Assembly (NCBI GenBank): GCA_010356995.1
Contig: ML996687.1
Span: 745,803-809,802 of the forward strand
DNA: 64,000 nucleotides
Direction of reading: 5' to 3'
Source: Trichodelitschia bisporula
Taxonomy: Eukaryota
The notes below the pieces were generated by a model, which saw nothing but the letters and a program-made list of their open reading frames with translations, was not told the DNA's origin and made no database searches. The number at the start of each line of letters is the position of its first letter. Within the stretch, counting starts at the first letter, position 1. Position numbers and translations under genes: made by a program. This document shows positions 27,148 through 39,054 of the stretch, one piece after another.

Positions 27148-28104
27148 TGCAGTACCCCTTTCGCAGGAAATCGATTCCTAAGTGAGAACCACATCTCTTC
27201 ATCCGTGTCGACAAACGGGTTTGACGGCTTCTTTCTCTCGAAGCTGTTTACATTTGTCGTCGGCGCTTAACGCAGGGAGATCCCCATACATTCCGACGCC
27301 CTCGCACGACTATCGCCGACTCTTACAGCATTGATGAACGGCTCGGAAAACGGAGGGACCATGAAGGAGGCTACAACTCGCATGGCTGTCATGGAAGATG
27401 TGACAGTAGAGGACATGCTTCGGATCTGCCAGTTCGCGTACACGGGGGACTATTCAGTTCCGCAACCAACCAAGGTCCAGGGGCCATTCCATGCGGAGAA
27501 TGACGCACCTCCTTCTCTGATTGCAATGTAAAAGTTGCCAGCAGATCCCACTTTCGCAAGACCGAATGCGAAGAAAGGACCAGTCGAAGTCGGAGCCACT
27601 GGAGGGCCCCGAACTGAGCCCTCCCTGATACGCTTCCAAAACGCCTACACGAATGCTACGTTTCCTAAGCCGGTACGAGTTGAGAAGTTCCAAAAGTCGT
27701 GCAAACCATCTGGAAACCAAGTCGATAGCGAGGACTTTACCGACATATTTCTCGCTCACGCACATCTGTACGTCTTTGGCGACGTGTACGGTATCGAAGA
27801 GCTTCAAAACCTGAGTTTGGGAAAACTGCACCAGACTCTCATCCACTTCATTCCATATTTGGCGCGCACTGGAGATATTATCCAGCTCATTTGATACATT
27901 TTCGACAATACGAGATCCGACCCCAACGAAAGGCTACGCTGCCTCATGACTGGGTTCGTCGTCGCGCAGGGAGAAGCCATCAAACAAGAACCAGAGTTTC
28001 TGTCGATGCTTGAGGAAGGTGGGCCTTTTGTGCGGGCGTTATGGCTCGAGGAGAGGCAGAAATGGGGGGCGCCGAGCGTCATAACTAGGTTCACAAAGTC
28101 ATGA
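27148..28104 (+). pseudogene. BTB/POZ-domain protein pseudogene, copy 1
   Basis: Single frame FDGFFLSKLFTFVVG*..IHSDALARLSP..EDMLRICQFAYTGDYSVP..FLAHAHLYVFGDVYGIEELQNLSLGKLHQTL..; in-frame stops at 27268, 27529 and 27892; no start codon found. Confidence 0.8.
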
Positions 28105-28454
28105 TGATCTTAGAGCTTTCGAATCCTGATTCTTACGGTATCAGCGTCCTGTCCTGTGACGAAGCGAGTGAAAATCTGAATGAAGTTCGTAATTCACAAT
28201 GCTTTGTCCATTCCGCGATGCCACGACTGGTGTCATGCTGCCAATATACACATGCACGACTGCCTTGCCACCTTGCCAGATATCGTAGATCCGTCGTGAG
28301 GTGAACCGCGTTTGTCGACGCGCCTCACGTTCTTTCAATATTTCCTGATCTTGCCTTCCAACCTCCCTATTCTCCACTTCAAGCATACGGTCAGCAAACC
28401 CATCACCACCACAGTTCTTCCCAAGTCAATCCTCCTCCTCCGCCATCGAGCAAC

Positions 28455-29296
28455 ATGGAGAATGCCCAGTCCCCTTTTCAGTCCGTTGTCAGTGAAAGCC
28501 GATACGACTTTGATACCTTCTTCCTTACGGAACAATTCACCTTCATCGTTGGCAAAACACGCCACCCATAAGTGTACATTCAGGTGCCCTTGCACGACTC
28601 TCCCCCGTACTGAGGAACCTGATTTATGGCTCGCCTGCCGGGTTGCGAATGGAGGAGACAATGTCCAGGAAAGTGGAGATGCCGGACGTAACTACGGAAG
28701 ACATGCTTCGACTCTGTCAGTTTGCTTACATGAGTGATTATTCGATTCCCTCCCTCGATAATGAGATGGATGAGCCGTAGAAGGAAACGCAGGCGCAGGC
28801 TAATGAGGCCTCGAGCATGTGGACGAGAAAGAAGCAGGGCAGAAGACGGAGGGTGAGATGGAACCAGACACTGCGGACCCTCTAGAGTACGGAGGGCCTC
28901 TGATGACTCTCCCCCGGCTGTCCTTCAGCAACTTTGCAGGCCGATACGCAATTAGCTCCCAGTCCCCCCCGATTGGCAGCATTTACAATGGCGTTATGAG
29001 CAAGTTCAAGAGGGAGAATTTCCGGACTCCAGGACTTGGCATTGTCCAAGTTGCACAGCACCCTTCTTCAGTTCTCCCCATATAAGGCTCGTATCGACGA
29101 CCTCACCAATCTCATCCGATACATGTACGATAATACCCCAGATGGAGTGAATGACAGGCTTCGAGAGCTCGTCGTGGGATACATGATCCTTCAAGCAAAG
29201 CTCATCACCCGGGAGGAAGAGTTCCTTCTCTTGTTGGAGGAGGGCGGGCAATTTGTAGGAGAGTTCTGGATGTTAGAATGCTCTATCAGCGACTGA
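28455..29296 (+). pseudogene. BTB/POZ-domain protein pseudogene, copy 2
   Basis: FDTFFLTEQFTFIVG, frameshift near 28560, then VHSGALARLSP..EDMLRLCQFAYMSDYSIP; TAG at ~28778; internal deletion before LQDLALSKLHSTL..LIRYMYDNT..EFLLLLEEGGQFV. Confidence 0.8.
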
Positions 29297-30182
29297 AGGC
29301 CAATGCGAAGAGGTTTATCACCAGGGCAATAAGAGGACAAAGGCTCACGGGCGGATATCAAGACGATCGAGTGTCAGATAGCGTTTTTGATTTCATGCAA
29401 CTCCGGGTCAAGCGGTGTTTGATACCTCAATGGGTTCCCTCATGTTGAACTAGCAACGTGTGAGTCGACATCAAGGGGCACCATGTGTCTTCTCGTACTC
29501 TTTAAGGATCGGCGCTTAAATGAGGAATACTTCCGCGCCCCCGGCCATGCCGGTCCCTCGTGCTATCACGTGACTGGAGCCTTGGCGAATTCTCTTACTA
29601 TTTCATCTCGGCCGAGTCTCCACGAAATTTTCCTCCACGCGCATCGCGAGCAGCATAAACAATCGCCACTTTATGCTGCGAAGCAATTCTGCCTTCACTG
29701 GTAGTTGATGCGTGTAGATTAATCCGTCTCGTATCTCCCGCTCTAGATTTCAAGTGAAAGTGTGGGTCGTTAACGTCGGAACATTTCAGTATCTCTCTAC
29801 CGTGCGGGAAGTTTTTAGGTGTATATTTGGTCAGGGCAGCGATGATGCAGCATGCCTTCGAGCCAGTATCAGGCCTATCTTCAGTTTCTAGGTATCAGGC
29901 CCTTTGAACATGGCATTTCATGTGACCGGCATAGCTGTGCAATTTTCCACTAAAGCTTGCATAACTGTACGTTGGCCGCCACTCTATCTTCTCCAATCCT
30001 ACAGCATCATAGCGAAGGTCGATTTGAGTTGGCTGAGTAAGGTGCTATCAAGGCTGTTGATAGTGTGACATGTAGCATTTTCGCCCTCCCCGATGACTAT
30101 TTGAGCTCGAGTTTTGCCCAACCTCCAAAGAAACCATGGCCCGATGCCATAACGCCATGCCCTCGCCGAAAGTCGTTCAACT

Positions 30183-30689
30183 CTAACTCAGCAAAACCAG
30201 TATCACCGAATCGCCTCTCAGGAACCTGACTCAGTTAGGAGTGGTAGGAAGAACGGTGGTCGGTGGAACACGCACATCTTGCTGATGAACCGGTCCTTGT
30301 TGACCGACCGACCCTTCTTGCCATCAGCCAGCCGGGGAACCTCCGTCCACATCTCCTTCACATTCTCTAGGACCATATTGCAATGTCTATCGAAAGCCTT
30401 GACGCGCGCAAGAAGCTTCCGGTTGTTACGGCATGAAATGAGGACCTGGGTATGCGACCGCACGGCAGTTTGCAGAATCGACAACGGGCCGGAGGTAAAC
30501 TCGTACTCCTCAAGTTGGGCGATTTCGTATTCCCTGTTGATGTTCGCGTTAGTTGTGCTATTAGAGGGGTACAAGGGGTATCGCGTACGTGAGTTCAGCG
30601 CGCGGCTTGTTGAGCAACTCCCTAAGACACGTTAATCCTGAATCTATCCCCTTACGCAAGCAGACTTACTGAACTTTTGCGTCGGCCAT
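30183..30689 (-). CDS. SMD2: Small nuclear ribonucleoprotein Sm D2
   Basis: [59 protein letters not shown]; multi-exon. Confidence 0.96.
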
Positions 30690-31359
30690 CTTGAAGCGTG
30701 TTGACGGTTCGGCCTTCAATGTATTGGTTATGCCTTGTGAATGTCAGACCCCAAGTTACCGTTAATGGTGGAGCGGATCAACCAAGACGCCGCAGATCGC
30801 GAGGATGCGCCAAGCCCGATACATTTTGCGCTCAGACACCCGCCGTCAGTTCCGCAGCAAAGAGCGCATTTGCTACATCCATACACTCCAGGTAAATCGC
30901 TTCCACCACTTCAGATTTCACATGTCATTTGTGGTCCTGGGTCTGTCATAGGCGATTGACGGTTTTCCAATCGTGAGATGATGTATGGCTCATAAGGCGT
31001 GCATTCCAGTTGGCTCCTACCACTGATAATTGACCAAGAAAGACCTCTATGAAGGGATTTTCTTATCGCATCTTATCCATAGCTTCCCGTTACGTCTGCC
31101 TGCCCTACTCCTCTCTTGCTAAAGCAGTGGGGCTCGACTGCTGTCCTATGTCAGACTCCAGCGTGCCTGCCCCGCACCCAGCTCGCGCCACGGTTGTGGC
31201 GGTGGCCGGAGGTTATGTCACGCCCCCGCCGTCCCAAATTGTCGTAGAAGCCGACCGAATACCAACTTTATTCTTAACACTGTCAACTACGTTGTAACCC
31301 CTCTCTCGTGGATCAAATTTACTCCTTGACCCGACTACTTACACCAATCCTACATCAAC

Positions 31360-31996
31360 ATGTCCTCATCCCCTACCCCCTCGGAACGCGAACGCTCTGA
31401 CAAGGAAGCCCGTGAGAAGGAGCAGGCCGAGCAGGCTGCCTTGCCGTACAAGTGGACCCAAACTATCAAAGACGTCGATGTTACGGTTCCAGTAGAAGGG
31501 AAATTCAAAGGACGCGACTTGGTGGTCGTCATCGAGCGGACAAAGCTGAAGGTAGCAATCAAGGGAGGACAAGTCTTTATCGATGTACGTCATCTACACT
31601 GGACATCAGCTGAAAGAGGTGAGTTACAGAGGTGACTAACTTAAGCAGGGTGAACTCCCAAAGCCAGTTCGCGTAGACGAATGCACGTGGACCCTCGAAC
31701 CAGTCAAGGACGACAAGGAAATCAGCATTCATCTGGAGAAAGCGAATCAGATGGAATGGTGGGCGCACGTCGTAACGTCCGCACCGGCTATCGATGTCAG
31801 CAAGATCCAACCCGAGAACAGTAGTCTGAGCGACCTGGATGGCGAGACTCGGCAGATGGTAGAAAAGATGATGTTCGACCAGCGGCAGAAGGAAATGGGC
31901 AAGCCTACAAGCGATGAGCAGAAAAAGCTGGACATACTCAAGAAGTTCCAGGAGCAGCATCCTGAAATGGACTTCTCGCAGGCAAAGATTGGCTGA
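31360..31996 (+). CDS. nudC: Nuclear movement protein NudC (CS domain)
   Basis: [49 protein letters not shown]; intron 31585-31648. Confidence 0.95.
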
Positions 31997-32388
31997 GAGC
32001 CCTTTCTACCGAAACCAAACCCGTATTATTCATCCGTTAGGCCATAGGCTTTTGATATCAAGAAGAAGTTCCGGCCGTAAATGTGGAGTATTTACTATGC
32101 CGCACCTCACGAACAGCTTCCATGAGGTGCGAAGGGCTTGGAAAATGCTGACGGCAGGGTATTACGGCGTACATAACTTGAAAGCAGAGAGCATTCTCAG
32201 AGTAGATCTTGTCCTCAAGCCCTTGCTATTCACAGCTTTCCGAAGGCTTCTGCTGACCATCAACATGCTTATTCGGCAGTGAAATATCGAAGCGGACTTA
32301 ACATGCCAGCAAACATGGTGGAATCATAGATTAGGATGCCCAAACTGCCGCATGAAACAGACTCATGAGTGCCCATAACATCAACAGT

Positions 32389-33390
32389 CTAGTCCTTGTC
32401 CGCAATCGCTTGAAGCCGCTCATCTATCTCATCTTCAGTGAGCGCCCTGAACTCCGTGCCCGTCCCTTCTTTGCCATCTGTCCGCGGCCCACCGACAATG
32501 CCAATCTCCAGCTCTCCTTTTTTGAAGTCGACGCTGAGGACTGAGCTCAATGTCGTGATACCGAGCTCCACAACCTCCTCCCAGCTGCCTTCCGCAGCAT
32601 CCTTGTTCTTCAACTTACGCTCCAGGAAATTCAGAGCTTCCTGCATCTTGGGTCCAGTTGCCGTTGCTTTGTACCCGGAGTAGTAGCCAGCGGGATCGCA
32701 TTTGTACAGCTGCGGCCCGAGCTCGGAATCGACAGAGATCAGGGTGGTGGCAACGCCGAGAGGGCGCATATATGCCTAATGAGAAGTTAGAGCATGCCAA
32801 AGGGATGCCCTGGCAACAGGGGTAAAACCTACCCGCTGGGTGTACACCTGGCTGATGTTGGCCAGCCGCTTCGCCAGCACGTCGCACGGCATTTCGTAGC
32901 CATACTTGTAGCGGAACTCAGCTGCTTCACCCCTCGCACGGTTGACGGATGCGCGGGCATCTGCAATGGAGCCCGTCATGACGCAACCAACGGACGGCGA
33001 AAGTCTGTAGACATAGGAGACGGACGACGGTTCAATCAGTTTATCCTGTTCATCTCAGTTATAGTCCAGCCAGGGAATGTGATGAGCCTCCCAACGTACC
33101 GGAACCTTTTTTTGTGACAGCACAACGGCGCAGTTCTTTCCCCGAATACCCACCGATGTGATGTTGGCGGCGGTGATGGCTTTGAAGGCGTATTCTGGAA
33201 GGAGAGATGCTGTCAGCCTTCTGCATATGTCACGAAATTCGGTGGAGCGCCCTAGCAACTAACCGACTTGGTAGAGACGACCTTGGTCGGAAAAGATGGT
33301 AATGTGCCTGTCGTATCCCGCGCTTCCTATACATGCCCGTATTAGTCCTGGTAGAAGCTCTCCTAGCTTGGTCGGCTGCTTACCGGACAT
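32389..33390 (-). CDS. SCL1: 20S proteasome subunit alpha 1 (PSMA6/Scl1)
   Basis: [59 protein letters not shown]; multi-exon. Confidence 0.95.
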
Positions 33391-33794
33391 GTTGGCGGAG
33401 ACAACAGGGTAAACTCAAGCGCTTAAGTGTCAGGGGATTCAAAGCACCAGCTCCAGAATACGTCCGAGAAAGAGTTAATGACGATGTGAACTGCAGCGAT
33501 GAATGTTGATGGTGACCTGCGGTACAGCTCCACGCGTTGCTTCCACACCTAGTGCCAAGCCTGCGTCGTTCGGAATCCGGGGCTGGAAACTCCGGGGGAA
33601 GTTGCGACTTGTAACAGGGTTGGTTGGCACGACTTTCTCATGATGACCTAGGAGCGTCGACGCGACTCTACGCATGCACCCCCGACGTCGTCTTCCTTGC
33701 CGCTCAAACACGTATTCTCCGTCAACTCTAGTTCTGTGCATACAAGCACAACACCATTTCTCCCTCATCAGCGCACACCTCTTTCGTCTGCGCC

Positions 33795-35330
33795 ATGTCG
33801 ACAATACCTACCAAGCGGTCGGCACCCACCGACATCCAAGAGCAAATCGCCCAAGCGCGTCAGCGCGCCGCAGAAGCCAAAGTGCGGATTGAATCTCGTC
33901 GAGCGGCAGGTGGCCCACCACCTTCCACTTCTTCTGCACCTCAAGACGGCGCCTCCTCTGCCAGCCGTCTTGCCGCACTGAAAGCGCGCGTTGCCGCCGC
34001 AACTGCCAAAACCGCCCCATCGCCGGCGCAGCCCCCGCCTCCCGCGCCATCGTCCGCATACTCACAACCCGTCGAGTTCGACGACCTTGCACGAGCCGGA
34101 AATGCCCGTGGCGGACTGGCCGTCGGCCTCCACCCCGCGTTGCTTGGTGATCTGCCCGACACGCGGGGCAAAGCTGCGCAGAAACCGAAGCCGAAGAACA
34201 AGCAAGCCGAACAGACGAAGTCCAATCCATATATCAGTGATGAGAAGGCACCCCCATCACGGCCGTACCGCCAGCTCCATTTCACCCACAACATGCATGC
34301 GCGCCCGGCCATGGCAGCTGCCAATGAAGCTCGCCGTAAAGCCGCCTTAGAGGCCATGAAGAAACGCATCCAAGCACAGGCAGCCCGCGCAGGACTGGAT
34401 GAGAGCGCCGAAATTCAAGCGCTTGCTGTGCCGGCCCCTCCAGACGTTGAGTTCTGGGACGAAGCGCTCCAAACCGGAATCGAAGGCAACGAGATGATAT
34501 CGCGGCTGGTTGTGCACCCAATCCTGATTGAGCCACCACAGGCAAAGTTCACTGATGTGGGCCCGCAACCTCTCAAGCTCACAAAAAGGGAGCAGAAGAA
34601 ACAGCGGCGCATTCGGCGAGCCGAGGAGCACAAGGAGGAGCAAGCGAAAATCCGGTTGGGCCTGGTACCGACTCCGGCGCCAAAGATCAAGCATAGTAAC
34701 GTCATGCGGGTATATGGTGAAATGGCAGTCAAGGATCCTACTGCTGTCGAAGCCATGGTCAACAAGCAGGTCGCGGAGCGCAAGAACGCGCATGATCAGT
34801 CCAATGTCGAGCGTCAGCTATCCAAAGAGGAGAGAGCCCAAAAACTCCAGCAGAAAGCCGATGAGAACGCGGCGCGTGGCTTACAGATATGCGTTTTCAA
34901 GGTTGCCCTTGGGAAGGAGAAGCTCTTGGGGAAGCATCGGTACCTGATTGACAAGAACGCAAAAGAGTGGCACGACGTAACCGGTTGCGTTATTGTTGCG
35001 CCGAGCATGACCATTGTCCTCCTAGAAGGTGGAGAGCACTCTACGCGCCAGTATACCAAACTGATGTTGAGGCGAATCAAATGGCAAGCAATTCTCGAGG
35101 GTAACGGCCAGGTTCAACAGGGAGACGATACTGAACATGAAAAGGGGAAGGGCAAGACGGAGGACACTGAAGACAACACGTGTACGCTGATTTATCAAGG
35201 ATTGATTCGCGACAGGAAGTTCAAGAAGTGGGGAAGCATTAGGGAGGTTGAGTCGGACAGCCAGGCAAAGGATGCTCTCACAAAGGCTAAGATGGAGAAT
35301 TTCTGGACCCTAGCGAAGTCCACTCACTGA
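33795..35330 (+). CDS. PRP3: U4/U6 snRNP protein Prp3, intronless
   Basis: GGLAVGLHP, PDVEFWD, HPILIEPP, LTKREQKKQRR..KIRLGL..PKIKHSNVMRV, KDPTAVE, EGG..YTKLMLRRIKW. Confidence 0.92.
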   Translation: MSTIPTKRSAPTDIQEQIAQARQRAAEAKVRIESRRAAGGPPPSTSSAPQDGASSASRLAALKARVAAATAKTAPSPAQPPPPAPSSAYSQPVEFDDLARAGNARGGLAVGLHPALLGDLPDTRGKAAQKPKPKNKQAEQTKSNPYISDEKAPPSRPYRQLHFTHNMHARPAMAAANEARRKAALEAMKKRIQAQAARAGLDESAEIQALAVPAPPDVEFWDEALQTGIEGNEMISRLVVHPILIEPPQAKFTDVGPQPLKLTKREQKKQRRIRRAEEHKEEQAKIRLGLVPTPAPKIKHSNVMRVYGEMAVKDPTAVEAMVNKQVAERKNAHDQSNVERQLSKEERAQKLQQKADENAARGLQICVFKVALGKEKLLGKHRYLIDKNAKEWHDVTGCVIVAPSMTIVLLEGGEHSTRQYTKLMLRRIKWQAILEGNGQVQQGDDTEHEKGKGKTEDTEDNTCTLIYQGLIRDRKFKKWGSIREVESDSQAKDALTKAKMENFWTLAKSTH

Positions 35331-35789
35331 TGGGTACGTTTTTAGGTCGTCTAGGCATCCGAAGCGTCCAGATCGTTTTTATTCATGTTGTCTGCATAAT
35401 TGACTCGAGCATTTAAGGCGCATAGAGGGTGAAATGCATGGGATGGTGTATCAGATTTATCAGGCACAAACAGAATTGTATCATAGGGGTGTAGGAATGA
35501 AGTAGACATGGAGCTTGAAGTTCACCACTCTTGCCTGAATTGTGCAGCCCGTGCGAAGTCACGACTTTTCCATCTGCGGTCAGAAAAGTGGCTGATGCTT
35601 TCAGACGTGGCGGCGCGGCGCGGCAATACGCATGGCCGACGCGCTTCTCGGGCGGTAAGGCTAGAACTAGACGCGCTCCGACGCCATGTCGACGTTCCGG
35701 TCACAACTTCCCCCGCCATTTACTACCTCAACCAGCGCCTAACAGACCCTATCGCAGATACCCAAGTCGTATGCTCACTCATAACTACC

Positions 35790-37464
35790 ATGGTGGTACA
35801 CCCTTCACGCCAGGCCTACGTTGAGGAGGCCGAGGCACAGGTTGGTACCCATCACCTACCCATCAGAGCCCACCAACTGACTTATCTGACTGTTCAGGAT
35901 ACGAATATGGGAGGGATCGACTTGGCAAATATTCGTTAGCATTCACCAGTGATCAATCTGGGAAGTGACTCGCTAAATATCTGCAGCTGTCGATCATGAC
36001 TACTACGTCGACTCCGGGTCCGGCGTGGCCCCCGAAAAGGCCTCCGCTATCCTCGCACAGTTCGAGCGCAAACGATTTGCCGCTGGCATAGCTGTACCTA
36101 CCGACGATGTGAAAGTCCGCGCTCGGTTACGGGATCTGGGTGAACCCATCACACTGTTCGGAGAAGACACAGCCGATCGGAGAGATCGTTTGCGCGAACT
36201 CTTGACCCGCCAGGCCGAAGGGGGCGAGGGAGGCGATGATGCCGAAATGGGGGGAACGAGCCAAGATCGAGGAGATGAAGGCGATGCCGAGGAAGAATAT
36301 TATACCCAGGGCAGCGATGCTCTTTTGGCAGCTCGAAAAGATATTGCGCGGTACTCCTTGCCCAAGGCACAACAGCGCATAGCATACCAAAAGGCGGAAT
36401 CTACTATCCCCTTGCGCACCCACGTCAAGTACCGGAAAGCCGTAAAGGAGCGTCTGCAAGGCTTTGACCTCTATGGATCGCAAATCGCCTCAGATAGACC
36501 TTTGGCAACTGTCCGGTTTTCGCCAAACGGTCAGCTGCTTGCCGTAGGCACCTGGGGAGGCACGGTAAAACTCCTCGACGTGCCAAATCTGGAGGAGAAG
36601 GCAATTCTTCGCGGTCACAACGACATTGTCAGCGGCATCGCTTGGGTTCCAGGGGCAACCATTCCAGAATCGGGCGTGTCCCCTGGCACTGTAAATCTGG
36701 CATCTGGTGGTGGCGAAGGGTCTGTCCATCTTTGGTCTCTGGAGCAAGATACACCACTTGCGACCCTTGTCGGGCATGACGGCCGTGTTGCACATGTAGA
36801 CATACATCCTTCACGTCGGTTCCTTGCCTCCGCATCTCACGACTCGACATGGAGATTATGGGATCTAGAAACACAGACGGAACTCTTACTGCAAGAAGGC
36901 CACTCGCGTGAGGCGCATTCAGTGTCTATCAATACAGATGGCTCTTTGCTGGCGTCAGGTGGATACGACAGCATTGGACGCATCTGGGATCTGCGTACTG
37001 GGCGCATGATCATGTACCTTGACTCTCATATCCAGCCTATCTACACATTGGCGTGGGGTGCAGATGGATACCGCGTCTTGTCAGGCTCAGGCGATGGTTT
37101 TGTCAAATGTTGGGATGTGCGCGCAATCAAGGAGACGGCAACGATTGGTGCACACAGTGGCGGCGTGACGGACATGGCATGGTTTCGCGGTACAGATGGT
37201 CCAGCGATGCAATCTGCCCCTCTCCGCGATGACGAGAAGGATGAATTCGTCCCCAAAAAGGCAGGGACATTCATGGTAAGTTGCGGGTTTAACAAGACGG
37301 TCAAGGTGTGGTCTGCGGATGAATGGGCGCCGGTCAAGACATTGACGGCGCACTCGTCGGTTGTTACTGGGGTGGATACCAGTGCAGACTCAAAGTGGAT
37401 CGCTAGCTGTGGCAGAGACCGGACCGTCAAACTGTGGGCCAGAGACGATGGAGAAGGCATATAA
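35790..37464 (+). CDS. PRP4: U4/U6 snRNP WD40 protein Prp4
   Basis: PTDDVKVRARLRDLGEPITLFGE..RRDRLR (Prp4/SFM motif), ARYSLPKA, WD40 repeats (LLLQEGHSR, GRIWDLRTGR); two short 5' introns. Confidence 0.94.
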
Positions 37465-37756
37465 TTTGTGTCTTAATAAATACCACCGAACCTTGCGAAC
37501 ATGTCCCCAAGCTAAACAGTTGTGTCGCGTAGACTTTGTAAATTTGTTAGCGGAGCGTGCAGAGGTAAGGCGACGAGGCCGTTCGTTCTAGCTCAAGGTC
37601 GAAGAAAGCATGTGGTCCAAGCTCCATGCCCCCTGTCCTGCCAAGAGTTCGGCAAAAATTCACAAGCACACTTAAGGTTTTGCAACTCCCAGGCTCTCTT
37701 TCCCTTCATCTTCGCGCATCAACAATCTCCACACTCTTCACCATCGGCCACCTGAG

Positions 37757-37926
37757 GTATGTGTACTGCCGCCACGATGGCTTCTCACCTTTCAGTGAGC
37801 CGGGGAGCGCAATCATCGCCTCGTGCTGTGATACGCACTTTCCTACGCAACAAAAGATGAAGAAACCTCCGTGTGCAGGTACTCTTCATCTAGGCTCCTG
37901 AAGGCTAACTCGACACCCATCTGTAG
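37757..37926 (+). other. 5'UTR intron of RPS22 containing a predicted three-way RNA junction
   Basis: GTATGT donor at 37757, CTAAC at 37905-37909, TAG at 37924-37926, 47 nt before the ATG; internal complementary stems. Confidence 0.7.
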
Positions 37927-37973
37927 ATACCTCATTTGCAAGGGCTTGCCACTGAGAATCTCTTAACGTCAAA

Positions 37974-38602
37974 ATGGTCCGCACCTCTGTCCTCAACGAT
38001 GCGCTTAATGCCATCAACAACGCCGAGAAGTCTGGCAAGCGTCAGGTGATGATCCGCCCTTCGTCGAAGGTCATCATCAAGTTCCTGTCGGTCATGCAGC
38101 GTCACGGTAAGCGGAGACATTTCATTTCTGCTTGCGTCTTTCCTTCCGGGTTGATAACTAGGTGGCGGTCTCGCATTTCTACGACCTTTGCCCTTTAAGT
38201 ATCCGGTACAGCACTTGCGAAGACCTTACACGTTCTCTGATTTTGATGAAGATGAACATTTAATCTTTGCGACATACTGACTCTTGAGGCAGGCTACATT
38301 GGCGAGTTCGAAGAGGTTGATGACCACCGCAACGGCAAGATCGTCATCCAGCTCAACGGCCGGTACGTTTGAGAAGTATTAGGTGGATTGGCATATGCTA
38401 ACATCGTTCCAGCCTGAACAAGACCGGTGTCATCAGCCCTCGCTACAACGTCCAGCTTAACGACTTGGAGAAGTGGGTTGTCAAGCTGCTGCCGTCGCGT
38501 CAGTTCGGATTCATCGTCCTGACTACCAGCGCTGGCATCATGGACCATGAGGAAGCCCGGAGAAAGCATGTCGCTGGCAAGATTCTGGGTTTCTTCTACT
38601 AG
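37974..38602 (+). CDS. RPS22: 40S ribosomal protein uS8 (S22/S15A)
   Basis: [64 protein letters not shown]; introns 38107-38292 and 38363-38412. Confidence 0.97.
38144..38277 (+). ncRNA. snR44: Intronic box H/ACA snoRNA, snR44 homolog
   Basis: Hairpin 1 closed by CCGG/CCGG with guide halves GAUAACU and UUUAA (complementary to 18S UUAAA-UC-AGUUAUC); H box ACAGCA at 38208-38213; second hairpin with CUUACA/UUUAA; ACA box at 38272-38274. Yeast snR44 is also hosted in an RPS22 intron. Confidence 0.8.
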
Positions 38603-39054
38603 GAGACGCTTGTGAATGGGGGTTTCAGGATTGGCAATGGCATCATGAATAGTGTGGATGGTTGTTACCGTCTTGACTGCGATCAGCCAAGAGCATCAAC
38701 TGTCAAATGTCAAACATGATTTCTCCCTGAAGCTATCTACACGTGAGACGGACACCAGATCTCGCAGTAATTCCCCAACGTGATCCATGCATGTTCCCAT
38801 ATTCCCTAAAATATCCATACTTCCCCCTATCCCCCGGATTGTATCCACTTCTTTCTCTCCCGCACTCCTACCCGTAGTAACCCTGGTCTGTACCTTTTGC
38901 TTGGCACCCTCATGCACAGCCAGGGCCCGTGACGACCTCCGCTGACGAAACCCCCCACCCGGCCACCGCAAGGCAGCTCGACGAGAACGTGTTTCCACAT
39001 CCTCACCTTTGCACGCCGCTGCCATCCGTTGCCACTGCCTTCTCCTCTGCTATA

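Noticed and set aside
30977..31027. Possible box C/D snoRNA (ATGATGT...CTGA) between SMD2 and nudC
   Set aside because: Imperfect C box, too short, no terminal stem and no convincing rRNA complement.
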